From NCBI GenBank assembly GCA_965603825.1, contig CBFDEM010000039.1:62001-126000 (forward strand): 64,000 bases of DNA. Direction: 5' to 3'. Both the position numbers and the translations under genes were made by a program. Every line of letters starts with the position of its first letter. Positions within the stretch are counted from its first letter, which is position 1. The notes under the pieces were generated by a model. It ran no database searches. It was not told where the DNA came from and worked only from the letters and a program-made list of their open reading frames with translations. This DNA comes from Blepharisma stoltei ATCC 30299. Lineage: Eukaryota > Protista > Ciliophora. This document shows, one piece after another, positions 49,184 through 58,762 of the stretch.

Positions 49184-50071
49184 ATGAGCGCTACGACAGT
49201 CCCATACATTGGAAGCCAAATCAGCTTAATCTCCAAGTCTGATATTCGATATGAAGGCACGCTTCACTCAATTGACCCAAATGAGCACACAGTTTCCTTA
49301 TCAAACGTCAGATCTTTTGGAACAGAAAATAGGAGAATCGATGGTAAACAGATCCCTGCTTCAAATGATTTATATGAATTTATCATTTTCAGAGGGTCTG
49401 ATATCAAAGATCTTTCAGTAATCCAGGCAACCCCAATTCTCAATGACTCTGCAATAATAAAGGCAAATATAAAAGAAAATCAGCCGAATTTGAAAAACCC
49501 GCAGCCTGAAAAAGAATTCGAGCCACAGCAGAGATATGAAAACAGGCATAATCAGAGGCAATATCAAGCCCAAATAGCTAGAGGTGAACTTCATGAAAAC
49601 ATAAATGAAGATCTAAAAGAAGAGCTAAAAGAAGACTTCGATTTTCAAGAAGAAATCCCACTTGAAAAACCTCAAAAAAATGAGTCAGGAAAAGGATACG
49701 ACAAGAAATCAAGCTTTTTTGACAATATTTCATGCAAAAGTTCAGAAAGTGAAGTACCTTTTGATAGGAGAAAACAAAAAGAAATGGATAATGAAACTTT
49801 TGGGGAGGATTATGTAGCTGATGGAGAAAGAGAGCTAAGAAGATCTCTGCAAAGAGGAAGAAGAAGAGGCAATCGAGGACAGTATAGAGCGGGAAGAGGA
49901 GAATTTAGAGGGAATAGAGAAGGAGGGTATAGAGAAGGAGGGTATAGAGAAGGAGGATATAGAGAAGGAGGATATAGAGAAGGAGGGTATAGAGAAGGAG
50001 GGTATAGAGAAGGAGGATATAGAGAAGGAGGGTATAGAGAAGGAGGGTATAACAGAAATTTTGGGCAGTAA
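49184..50071 (+). CDS. LSM14: Lsm14/RAP55/Scd6 mRNA regulator
   Basis: PYIGSQISLISKSDIRYEG, VRSFGTE, IIFRGSDIKDL, FDF, FFD and TFG boxes, RG-rich tail. Confidence 0.95.
   Translation: MSATTVPYIGSQISLISKSDIRYEGTLHSIDPNEHTVSLSNVRSFGTENRRIDGKQIPASNDLYEFIIFRGSDIKDLSVIQATPILNDSAIIKANIKENQPNLKNPQPEKEFEPQQRYENRHNQRQYQAQIARGELHENINEDLKEELKEDFDFQEEIPLEKPQKNESGKGYDKKSSFFDNISCKSSESEVPFDRRKQKEMDNETFGEDYVADGERELRRSLQRGRRRGNRGQYRAGRGEFRGNREGGYREGGYREGGYREGGYREGGYREGGYREGGYREGGYREGGYNRNFGQ
49916..50050 (+). repeat. Coding minisatellite 9 x 15 nt (AGAGAAGGAGG[G/A]TAT) encoding (REGGY)9
   Basis: Directly visible; units differ only at one synonymous position. Confidence 0.97.
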
Positions 50072-50212
50072 ATTTTAAATTCTTGCATTATCGTTGAGAA
50101 AAGCATTTTCTGGCTGCCTAATACCCTAATTCGACGATAAAATAGTTTTTACAATATTATCATTACTTGCTAGAATAGTCTATTATTTATCGAAATAATT
50201 TACACAATAAAA

Positions 50213-50596
50213 ATGAGAAAATTCTTTTTTGGGATTTTTATTCTACTTTTCTTAGAATCCTATGGAAATGGGCTTAAATTGACCAAGGAGCAGCTTCAAG
50301 AATATGAGGGAAAAAACGGGAAAATTTATTTCGCTTGTGGAGGGATCATTTTTGATGCATCAAACGATAAAAGTTTCAAAGAAGGAGGCAAAGATCACGG
50401 ATTTGCAGGAAAAGATGCTACAGTCGCCTTAGCTAGAATGGATTATGATAAAAAGTGGATTGGGCTGGATCCTGAAGAGGCAGAACTTTCACCATATATG
50501 AAAAATGCAATTGAGAAATGGATTGGTGTTTTAAAGGAAAAGTACCAAGTTGTTGGGGAATTAGTAAAAAATTCATATGAGAGAGTTGATATGTAG
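50213..50596 (+). CDS. Cytochrome b5-like heme/steroid-binding (MAPR/neudesin-like) protein with signal peptide
   Basis: LTKEQLQEYEG, IYFACGGIIFD, FAGKDATVALA, KYQVVGEL. Confidence 0.85.
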   Translation: MRKFFFGIFILLFLESYGNGLKLTKEQLQEYEGKNGKIYFACGGIIFDASNDKSFKEGGKDHGFAGKDATVALARMDYDKKWIGLDPEEAELSPYMKNAIEKWIGVLKEKYQVVGELVKNSYERVDM

Positions 50597-50839
50597 TAGC
50601 AAATAATTCCTCATAATACAAAATAGGATTTGGTAAATAAGAATTAAATGCATAGCTTTTACAATTAAAAGTTGATTAACTTGATAAGAGAATAAATATA
50701 AGTAAAGCTTTTGTTTTTTATTTACTTTGCAAGCTTATATAATCTCTTGAAAATTTTGTTATTTTGATATTTAACGCTAAAATTTAAATAGCCTTATTAA
50801 ATATATAGAAATTTAATTATCTATATAAAAATGAATTGA

Positions 50840-52129
50840 ATGTTTCTCTTTCTGCCTTTAGCTTTCGCAAGAATATCGATAGATATTCATCCAAAGCCCC
50901 AAAATAAACTGGAATATCTTTCAACCATCAAACATAGTTCATTAAAAAGGCTCTCTCTAATCTCCTCAGATTCTCCCATATCATCAACCATCACAAACTT
51001 CTTCAATGCTCAATACTTTGGAACTATAAAAATCGGAAGTCCACCACAAAATTTTAGCGTTGTTTTTGATACTGGCAGTTCTTGGATTTGGGTTACAGAA
51101 AAAAACTGTACAGCTTGCCATTCCGCTAAAAACCAATTTGACAAGTCATTATCGTCGACTTATAAAACTAATAATATCACACATAGTCTCTATTATATGC
51201 AAGGCTATGCAAGAGGAAAAGTAAGTTTTGAGACCATTGGCATTGGTGATGGATATCCCACATCTGTTAAAAACCAAAGCTTTCTATTGGTTAGTGCCGA
51301 AAAAGACATGGACGGCTTTGAAGCTGATGGAATTTTAGGGCTAGGATTTGATAGGGCAGAAGACGGGGCAAAAACGATTATGAGTACTCTAAAGGAACAA
51401 GGAAAAATAAAAAACGCAACTTTTGCTATTTTTCTTAATGATAATAATTTCAAGGATTTTGAAGCCAAGCCTTTATCAAATATGATAATTGATGGATACG
51501 ATTTAGCAAAATACTCAACAGAAAAACAGTTCACTTATATAAATTTAATTCAGGATAGAGGACATTGGGAAATTCCATGTGAGTCTGTAGCTATTGGAAA
51601 ATATAAGCTAACTAAAAAAGCAGCATCAGCGATAGTTGATACAGGGACATCTTTAATTATTGGCCCAGCTTCAGATGTCTCTAAGCTTGAGTTTTATTTT
51701 TCACTTTATTATGACTGCTTTGCAACGCTCAGTTGGTTTATATGCAAATGCAAGCCTACCTCACCTTATCCAGACCTTAACTTCAGCTTGAAAGGAAAGA
51801 AATATAAAGTTACACCTAATGAGTATTTACTTGATATAGAATATGAAGGATATTGTGCTTTGCTAGTTATGGGAGCTTATATTGACTTTTGGCTGCTTGG
51901 AGATGTATTTATAAGAAATTATTATGTGAATTTTGATATGGACCAAAAAAGAATTGGACTTGCTACAGCTGTAAAATCAGTTGTGGAGACTCAAGCATCT
52001 TTGCAGTCAAATGTTTGGGTGATTTGGATTTTTATTGCTGCTGGAATTGGCTTACTAGCTCAAAAAGCTTATAAGACTTATCAGAGAAAAGTCGAAAATT
52101 TAGAGCTGGGAGATAAAATTTTAGCTTAA
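50840..52129 (+). CDS. Pepsin-family (A1) aspartic protease with C-terminal TM anchor
   Basis: FDTGSS and IVDTGTS catalytic motifs, DGILGL, LLGDVF. Confidence 0.93.
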   Translation: MFLFLPLAFARISIDIHPKPQNKLEYLSTIKHSSLKRLSLISSDSPISSTITNFFNAQYFGTIKIGSPPQNFSVVFDTGSSWIWVTEKNCTACHSAKNQFDKSLSSTYKTNNITHSLYYMQGYARGKVSFETIGIGDGYPTSVKNQSFLLVSAEKDMDGFEADGILGLGFDRAEDGAKTIMSTLKEQGKIKNATFAIFLNDNNFKDFEAKPLSNMIIDGYDLAKYSTEKQFTYINLIQDRGHWEIPCESVAIGKYKLTKKAASAIVDTGTSLIIGPASDVSKLEFYFSLYYDCFATLSWFICKCKPTSPYPDLNFSLKGKKYKVTPNEYLLDIEYEGYCALLVMGAYIDFWLLGDVFIRNYYVNFDMDQKRIGLATAVKSVVETQASLQSNVWVIWIFIAAGIGLLAQKAYKTYQRKVENLELGDKILA

Positions 52130-52217
52130 ATTATAGATTTGAATTATATAGATTTTTAATTATATAGATTCTATAAAGATATTGATATTGCTGATAAAGT
52201 ATAAAATACTGTTATAA

Positions 52218-53540
52218 ATGTATTGGACATTTTTACTGCTACCTCTAGCATTAGCATCAATTTCCATAAACATCCAAAAGCGGCCTCAAACCAAGCTTGA
52301 GTTTAAAGAATCCATGAATAAATTTCTTCTTTCTAGGCCAAGCTTTACTGAAGCTTCTTCAGCCTCCTCTATAATAACAAACTACCTAAATTCCCAGTAC
52401 TATGGGGTAGTCTATATAGGGACCCCGCCTCAAATGTTCGCCCTTATGTTTGATACAGGCAGTCCTTGGCTTTATATAGTCGAAAGAGGCTGCTATGAAT
52501 GCCACTACGCCTTATGGTATTTCGACAAGTCTGCATCTACTACTTATGAAACTAACAATGTCCCATATGAACTTATCTATGGAATGGGCTATGCAAGTGG
52601 AATTATCAGCTATGATTCTGTCTCTATAGGGGATATTGATACAATAGAGGCGAAAAATCAGACTTTTTTACTAGTTAATTATGAAAGAGATTTTGGAGGC
52701 CTTGTAGCTGACGGAATATTAGGCCTAAGTTTAGGTGGTGACGGCTATGACACTTTTATAACAACTTTAAAAAATCAAGGAAAAATCCAAAATGCGTCAT
52801 TTTCTGTATACCTTAATGACAACCAATTTAGCTATGAAGAAGCTTCACCTGTATCTAACCTAATAATTGACGGATATGACCTCAAAAAATACTCAACAGA
52901 AGAACAGTTTACTTATATCAACTTAATAGGGGACAGAGGCCACTGGGAAATCTCCTGCGACTCTATTTGACTTGATAAGTACCAAATCATGACCAAAAGC
53001 AGGTCAGCCATTGTAGACACTGGGACAACTTTAATTATTGGCCCTTATGTAGAGGTCAGTAAAATAGAGAGTTATTTTTCAAGATTTTACGGCTGCTTTT
53101 TGGATTATGATGGCTTTTTCTGGTGTGACTGTGAATCTGTCAGAGGATACCCTGACATTCGGCTCGTTTTGGACGGAAAAAATTTCACGATCAGCAAAGA
53201 TCAATATTTGGCAGATTTAGATGGGTCTGGGTATTGCAATTTGCTTGTGGTAGGGATGCCTATCGACTTATGGATACTTGGAGATGTGTTTATTAGGAAA
53301 TATTATGTCAATTTTGATATGGATAATAAACAAATCGGCCTTGCTGAAGCAGTAAAGTCTTCAATTTCAAGTGAAGAGTATGAAACAATTGAAGAGCCAG
53401 TCGAAGAATCAAACTTTTTAGCTATTGAAATGATAATTATTGGGATTATTGCTATAATCTGCTGGAAAATCTATACAAGTTATAGGAAGAAAACTGTCTT
53501 GCATGACAGCCAGGAGTTAAATACTAATCTTTTAGCATAA
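52218..53540 (+). CDS. Pepsin-family (A1) aspartic protease, tandem paralog
   Basis: FDTGSP and IVDTGTT in two in-frame ORFs joined by TGA 52968-52970. Confidence 0.92.
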
Positions 53541-53584
53541 TAGCCCTTATTCTTAACTCAATATATTTTATATTAAAATTCCTA

Positions 53585-54637
53585 TTAAGAATTTAAGTCA
53601 TAATCTTCAGGACTATAATATTCTGACAGCAACCTATAAAGATAGCTTGGGTTATGCCCACCTACATCAGTTATATATAACGAAATTAAATCAGGCGGAA
53701 TATAATCAAATGCAGGGACACTAATGGTCAAATATTTCGATTCTTCAGCCCCAGGCAAACAGCTAACTAATGCGGGTGATAGACTGTCATTAAAAGTGTC
53801 CTGGTCGAATGGGTAAAGTGGAGACAGTTTATAAAGCCCACAAGTGACCAAAATTGGCACAGAATGGGCTTGGGCTGCTAGACAGACGCCATAACACCCT
53901 GATTTTGTAATTAGTCCACCATTTGCCATAAGTGCGTCAGTCCCTATGATTACTTTGTTGACCCTGCTCATTAAGGCGAATACTGAATTATCAGCGATAA
54001 GGGTTGTGTCGATGCCGTGCTCAGCCAATGTTTTACACATAAGCTGGCCTTGTAGCCCAGGGGCGGCTTCAGCTACGAGAACTTCAAATTTTCTGTTTCC
54101 TCTGACGTGCGATAAAAAGTTTTCAACTGTTTTTGATTTCCCAAAGGTCAAAATAACTTCGTTAGAGTGTATATGCTGAGTTGCCTGCTCAGCAATTCTT
54201 TCCATATGTGCTTCAAGCTCATCTAACAGTTCCTGCACATCCTGAAGGATTCTTTTTTTCATTTCTTTGAGTCCTGCTGACTCTTGGGTGCTATCAGTGC
54301 CCTTTATTAAGGTTTTTAAAGTACTTCGGCGCTGCTTTAATTGTAGAGGGGAAGTATCGAGCTTGATATGGCTGCATTCTTCACGAATTATGTGTAAGGC
54401 ACGGCGGACTATGTTAACTAAAGCGATTTCAAGCGGCTTAAATTGGACTAGTTTACGGCCAAATCGTGTTAAGAGGCGAATTAGGGACCGAACGTCTTCT
54501 TCTTTATTGAACTTGTGCTCCTTGATTAGCGAAAGAACGAATTTTGCAGTTTTTTCTGAAATTTCTGAGGTGCCGCCTGATTCATCACGCTTGAGAAAGC
54601 GAATAAAGTTGTCAAACCGAATAGGAAGTCCGTCCAT
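53585..54637 (-). CDS. EIF2B2: Translation initiation factor eIF2B subunit beta
   Basis: NIVRRAL, HIHSNEVILT, SKTVENFL, VFALMSRVNKVII, YKLSPLYP, HNPSYLYRLLSEYY. Confidence 0.92.
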   Translation of the reverse strand: MDGLPIRFDNFIRFLKRDESGGTSEISEKTAKFVLSLIKEHKFNKEEDVRSLIRLLTRFGRKLVQFKPLEIALVNIVRRALHIIREECSHIKLDTSPLQLKQRRSTLKTLIKGTDSTQESAGLKEMKKRILQDVQELLDELEAHMERIAEQATQHIHSNEVILTFGKSKTVENFLSHVRGNRKFEVLVAEAAPGLQGQLMCKTLAEHGIDTTLIADNSVFALMSRVNKVIIGTDALMANGGLITKSGCYGVCLAAQAHSVPILVTCGLYKLSPLYPFDQDTFNDSLSPALVSCLPGAEESKYLTISVPAFDYIPPDLISLYITDVGGHNPSYLYRLLSEYYSPEDYDLNS

Positions 54638-55199
54638 TTATAAAAATTTAGATTTATGCGTAATGTATAGGAGATTATTAGCATAGAAAAGAAAAATAAT
54701 TTTATTTCATTGGTATGATCTATAAAAGCAGATATATATTTACAGTTTTTAATATATAAAAAATTGAATATTTACTTGATTAGTCTTTTTAAGATTTAAT
54801 CAATAGCTGGGCTACAAATGTTTATAAGTAATAAAAGCTAATCTATTAAAACCCGATAAAGTTATTTAACGTAAGAGTTTCGGCTTGGCTATTTTTGCTA
54901 GATAGAAACGTTTCTATATTTATTTTGCAAATTGGCTTAAATATTTTATATTAATTAAAATTAATTTTCCAATAACCGCTATACGAATATGATAGTTTCC
55001 ATAATCTTCAAAAGATAAAAGTAACTTAAAATAGAAATCCTTTAAATTAGCAGAAAAAATCTCATATTTATTTTATCTAAAAAATTAAAAAAATTCCAAG
55101 CTTCTTTGCCTTCAAAATGCATCAATAATAATCATAGTAATTAACTTACCAGAAAAAAATCGGCCATAATGAACATTTGGCTGCTGTATATATTCAAAA

Positions 55200-56153
55200 A
55201 TGTCAGCATCTGAGAATGCGAACATCAAAGTCCACAGACGGCCAATTATTGCTCCATACAATGACCAAGAAGCTATATTAATCCCTAACCCAGAGGTTTT
55301 TCGCAGAAAGCTTCATGATCTCGTCAATGGCGGCAGCCATAACGTCGAGGTCATTTCTGATTATGATTTCACTCTAAGTCGATTCCGTATAGGCAATCAA
55401 AAAGGAAAATCTACTTACCAAGTCGTAGAAGCAGGAGCGCTGTCAGGTGACAAACTTCAAGAAACCCATGATTTATATAGCTATTATCATCCTATTGAAG
55501 TAGATCCTCATATACCTCACGACGAAAAAGAAAGACTTATGCATGAGTGATGGGATAAAAGCAATGAAATCATTTTGTCTGTTGATATCCACAGAAGCAT
55601 GCTCTATGATTTCATAATGGACTCAAATTTGCATTTGAGGCATGGAGTAGACCGTGTTTTGCATCATTGCGACAGAAACCTTATTCCTTTTACCATTATT
55701 TCTGCAGGATGTGGAAATATCATTGAAGTCTCCTTAGAAGAATACTTAGAGCATGAAAAACTTGAAATTCATTCAAATTTTATGATTGGTGACTGTGAAG
55801 GAAGATACACACACTGGTCTGAGCCTGCTTTAAGAACCCTCAACAAGAATTTAGTCCTGCGAGACCGTCCTGTGAAGCCAAACATTATTTTGTTAGGAGA
55901 CATGATATCTGACATAAAAATGATAGAGCACGCTACCTACAATGACGCCTTAAAGATAGGATTTTTAAACGAGCCAAGCAGTTATGTTCTTGACGCTTAT
56001 AAAGAAGCTTATGATATCCTTATCTTAAATGATGGCAATATGAGCTTAATCGAGCTGATTCTATCATTGGTAACTGGTGAAGCCTTCAATATTGACGATT
56101 ATCCTTCTTTACAAGCCCTTAAAGATTACTTGCCTAGTTTAGTTAGAAATTAG
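55200..56153 (+). CDS. NT5C3: Cytosolic pyrimidine 5'-nucleotidase III (HAD/UMPH-1)
   Basis: VISDYDFTLS, YHPIEVDP, MHE[TGA][TGG] = conserved EWW, ILLGD, KIGFLN. Confidence 0.9.
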
Positions 56154-56175
56154 TTAATTCTCATTTTATTAAATA

Positions 56176-56679
56176 ATGGATTATGAAGGAAAGAGATTTT
56201 CCATGTCTTCCTGTGGGTATCGAAGGAGAGGAAATCATAGGCAAATTAAATTAAGCGAAATTCTTGATACAAATTCAAATGCGTCCAAGGAATATGATAT
56301 AATTAAAAGTTATAGTCCTACTTCTCCTTATAGGGCTGCAGATAATGCAAAAATATTTCAGCCTTGTTTTAGTAGAAGTTATAATTATTATTCTCAATTG
56401 CCTAGTGCTACCATTTCTATGAAAATCAAACCAGTTACACACAGAAGACATAAAAGTGATATAGGGGCTATTGAGAAAAAAGAAGAAAATAATAGGCCGA
56501 AATCAAGCTTAAAGCTAGATGATATAATCAAAGCAGAAAAATATGGGACAAAAATTACTGGAAAATTCGTGAGGATACAGCTAGGAAAATCAACCCCAAC
56601 CCCTGCACCTAGTAAAAAAGATAGTCGGCCTAAAACTTCTTATATAGCTCGAATCCCTATTGTGCACTATGAAAAATAA
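56176..56679 (+). CDS. Basic low-complexity hypothetical protein
   Basis: 167-aa ORF. Confidence 0.65.
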   Translation: MDYEGKRFSMSSCGYRRRGNHRQIKLSEILDTNSNASKEYDIIKSYSPTSPYRAADNAKIFQPCFSRSYNYYSQLPSATISMKIKPVTHRRHKSDIGAIEKKEENNRPKSSLKLDDIIKAEKYGTKITGKFVRIQLGKSTPTPAPSKKDSRPKTSYIARIPIVHYEK

Positions 56680-56882
56680 ATAAACTTGGCTTGTTTTCAT
56701 ATAAAACTTCCATCTTTCTCTTAATCCCAAAACTTCACCCATTATTTCAATAAGATTATACCTTTAAAATTTTATTTAAAAATTAATTACCATAAAAATT
56801 ATTCCTATTAATAATATCCTGCCTTACACGCATTATTTTTAATTCATGTTTATTTTTAGTAAATATTGGTTGACTATATAAT

Positions 56883-57926
56883 ATGGGGTCATGTATTACT
56901 AAAACTGCAAACGTTGAAGACGGTCTCCCTCCTATCCCATTCCCTGACTTTTCTTATCTCAGGCGAGCCAAAAAGAGCGTCCTTACAATCAAAAATAAGT
57001 CAGTCCAGAAAGAGCATGTCAGAGGTCTGGTAGAAATAAGAAATGATGCTGGGATAGGACTAACGTCATTGCAAAAGATAATTCTGGTAGGCGGAACTGA
57101 TGAATCGGCTCAGCTAACAAGCAGAGTTGTGCAGCTAGATCCAGTAAACTCAATTTACCACTATATTCAAGATTTACCAGTTCCGGCGAAAAAAGGGTTT
57201 ATTCAGGAATTTGAAGGCTGGCTTTATTATGTGGGAGGATTGGTAAAAAATCCAGACGTCGAGTCACCACACAATTTTATTCCAAGCCCACTGATGAGGC
57301 TCAACTTAGCTTCTTCTCATTGGGAAGTCCTAGAAACAGCCCAAGAAACAAGGGCTGATGGAGAAAAAACAATTAATTACAGAAATTTGTACCAGCCAGG
57401 TACTTTTATTCACGGAAGCAAGATGTATTTGGTAGGAGGACAGGTCATAAATCCTGACACCAATGAAGCTGTGCCAAATAAGAAAATTTATTCAATAGAC
57501 TTACAATCCCCTGATTTAATTCTACTTGACGAAGACGTGAAGTTAAAAATGCACGCAAATCACCCTATTTGTGTCCTAAACAAAAATGACAGCGTCGTCC
57601 AAATTTTCGGTGGCAAAACTTCTGATATGAGGCTATTCCGAAACAATTTTGAAGTAAATTTAGACACCAAAGAAATCAAAGAAACCCAGCCGTTTCCATT
57701 CTTTGTAAAGGAGCACTACCCACCAATATACCAAAAAGAATATACAATAATAATATCATTCCCTAAAATCGCTGTACAGAGGGTAGGATACCATGACTGG
57801 AAAGTATTTGACTTTAAGAGAGAAGACGAGGTTCAAAAAAACCAAGAATACTTAAAAGCTGTAGGAAAAGGGCTAGAAGAAAGAAAAGAACCAGAAAGGC
57901 ATAATATCAACACAAAAAGTCCTTAA
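56883..57926 (+). CDS. Kelch-repeat protein with putative N-acylation (MGSC)
   Basis: ILVGG, YYVGG, YLVGG, QIFGG blades. Confidence 0.82.
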   Translation: MGSCITKTANVEDGLPPIPFPDFSYLRRAKKSVLTIKNKSVQKEHVRGLVEIRNDAGIGLTSLQKIILVGGTDESAQLTSRVVQLDPVNSIYHYIQDLPVPAKKGFIQEFEGWLYYVGGLVKNPDVESPHNFIPSPLMRLNLASSHWEVLETAQETRADGEKTINYRNLYQPGTFIHGSKMYLVGGQVINPDTNEAVPNKKIYSIDLQSPDLILLDEDVKLKMHANHPICVLNKNDSVVQIFGGKTSDMRLFRNNFEVNLDTKEIKETQPFPFFVKEHYPPIYQKEYTIIISFPKIAVQRVGYHDWKVFDFKREDEVQKNQEYLKAVGKGLEERKEPERHNINTKSP

Positions 57927-57938
57927 GATCAGTAAGTA

Positions 57939-58051
57939 GATTACAATTTGTTATTCTTGCATTATATGCAACCGTCTGAAGGTCTTTGCAAGAGTCGCTT
58001 CTTGAATAAATGGTCTTTGTCTAGCATAGGCATGCAAGTGAAATTGTAATC
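57939..58051. other. Intergenic long imperfect hairpin (candidate structured RNA)
   Basis: Nested complementary arms of 11, 7 and 5 bp plus an inner stem-loop. Confidence 0.45.
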
Positions 58052-58128
58052 GTAATGTCTTTATATAAATATTTTTTAGGAAAATTGTTTCCTATGCTAT
58101 TTTTATCAAAATAAATAGTTAAGACCTA

Positions 58129-58749
58129 TTATTGCTTATAATAGACAAGATCTGCTTGTTTGTTCCCATCCCGTTTCGGCAGGACATATTTTGGGATATT
58201 TTTATTTGTGTAGAGCCCTAATGGTGCGATTCTTTCTGAATCCAAAGGAATAAGCTCATCAAAGCAATTATCCCACCCTTCAAAATGCACATAAATAGCT
58301 GGGTTATTATTTCCTTTAATTGCGCATTTAATAATCCCTACACACCAAATTCCTTCCAAATCCCTGACATCGATTTTCATCCCAATTTCTGCCCTTCTCA
58401 GTCTTTTGGATTTTTTATTAATTTCTACTTCATTTCTCCTATTTTTTCATTTTTCCAGGTCAGTTTTCCCAATTTCTTCTTCTATTATTTGGTCAAAGGA
58501 AAACGACGGATAAAGATTAGCATTTCTCACAAATCGGTCACATTTAGGGCACTCTGCGCTATATAATAAATATTGCGCTATACAAGGCTCACAAAAAGAA
58601 TGGCCACATCTTAAGGTAGAACTAAGGGAAATCACGTCGTTACAAATTGCGCAAAAAATATAGGGTTTACGTTTTTTTATAGGAGCTTTGGAGGAGTCTT
58701 CAGATCTTGGTCTTTTACAAGAAATAAAATCAAAAAGCTTTTTGAGCAT
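58129..58749 (-). CDS. RING (C3HC4) finger plus Tudor/MBT/Agenet-like domain protein
   Basis: CAIC...CGHSFCEPC...CPKC; after TGA-Trp, IDVRDLEGIWCVG...YVHFEGWDNCFDE. Confidence 0.85.
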
Positions 58750-58762
58750 TTTTTAATAATTA

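Noticed and set aside
49916-50050. Short direct repeats resembling a CRISPR array; antisense (PPSLY)n ORF
   Set aside because: No spacers, it is an in-frame coding repeat in a eukaryotic gene, and the antisense ORF is its shadow
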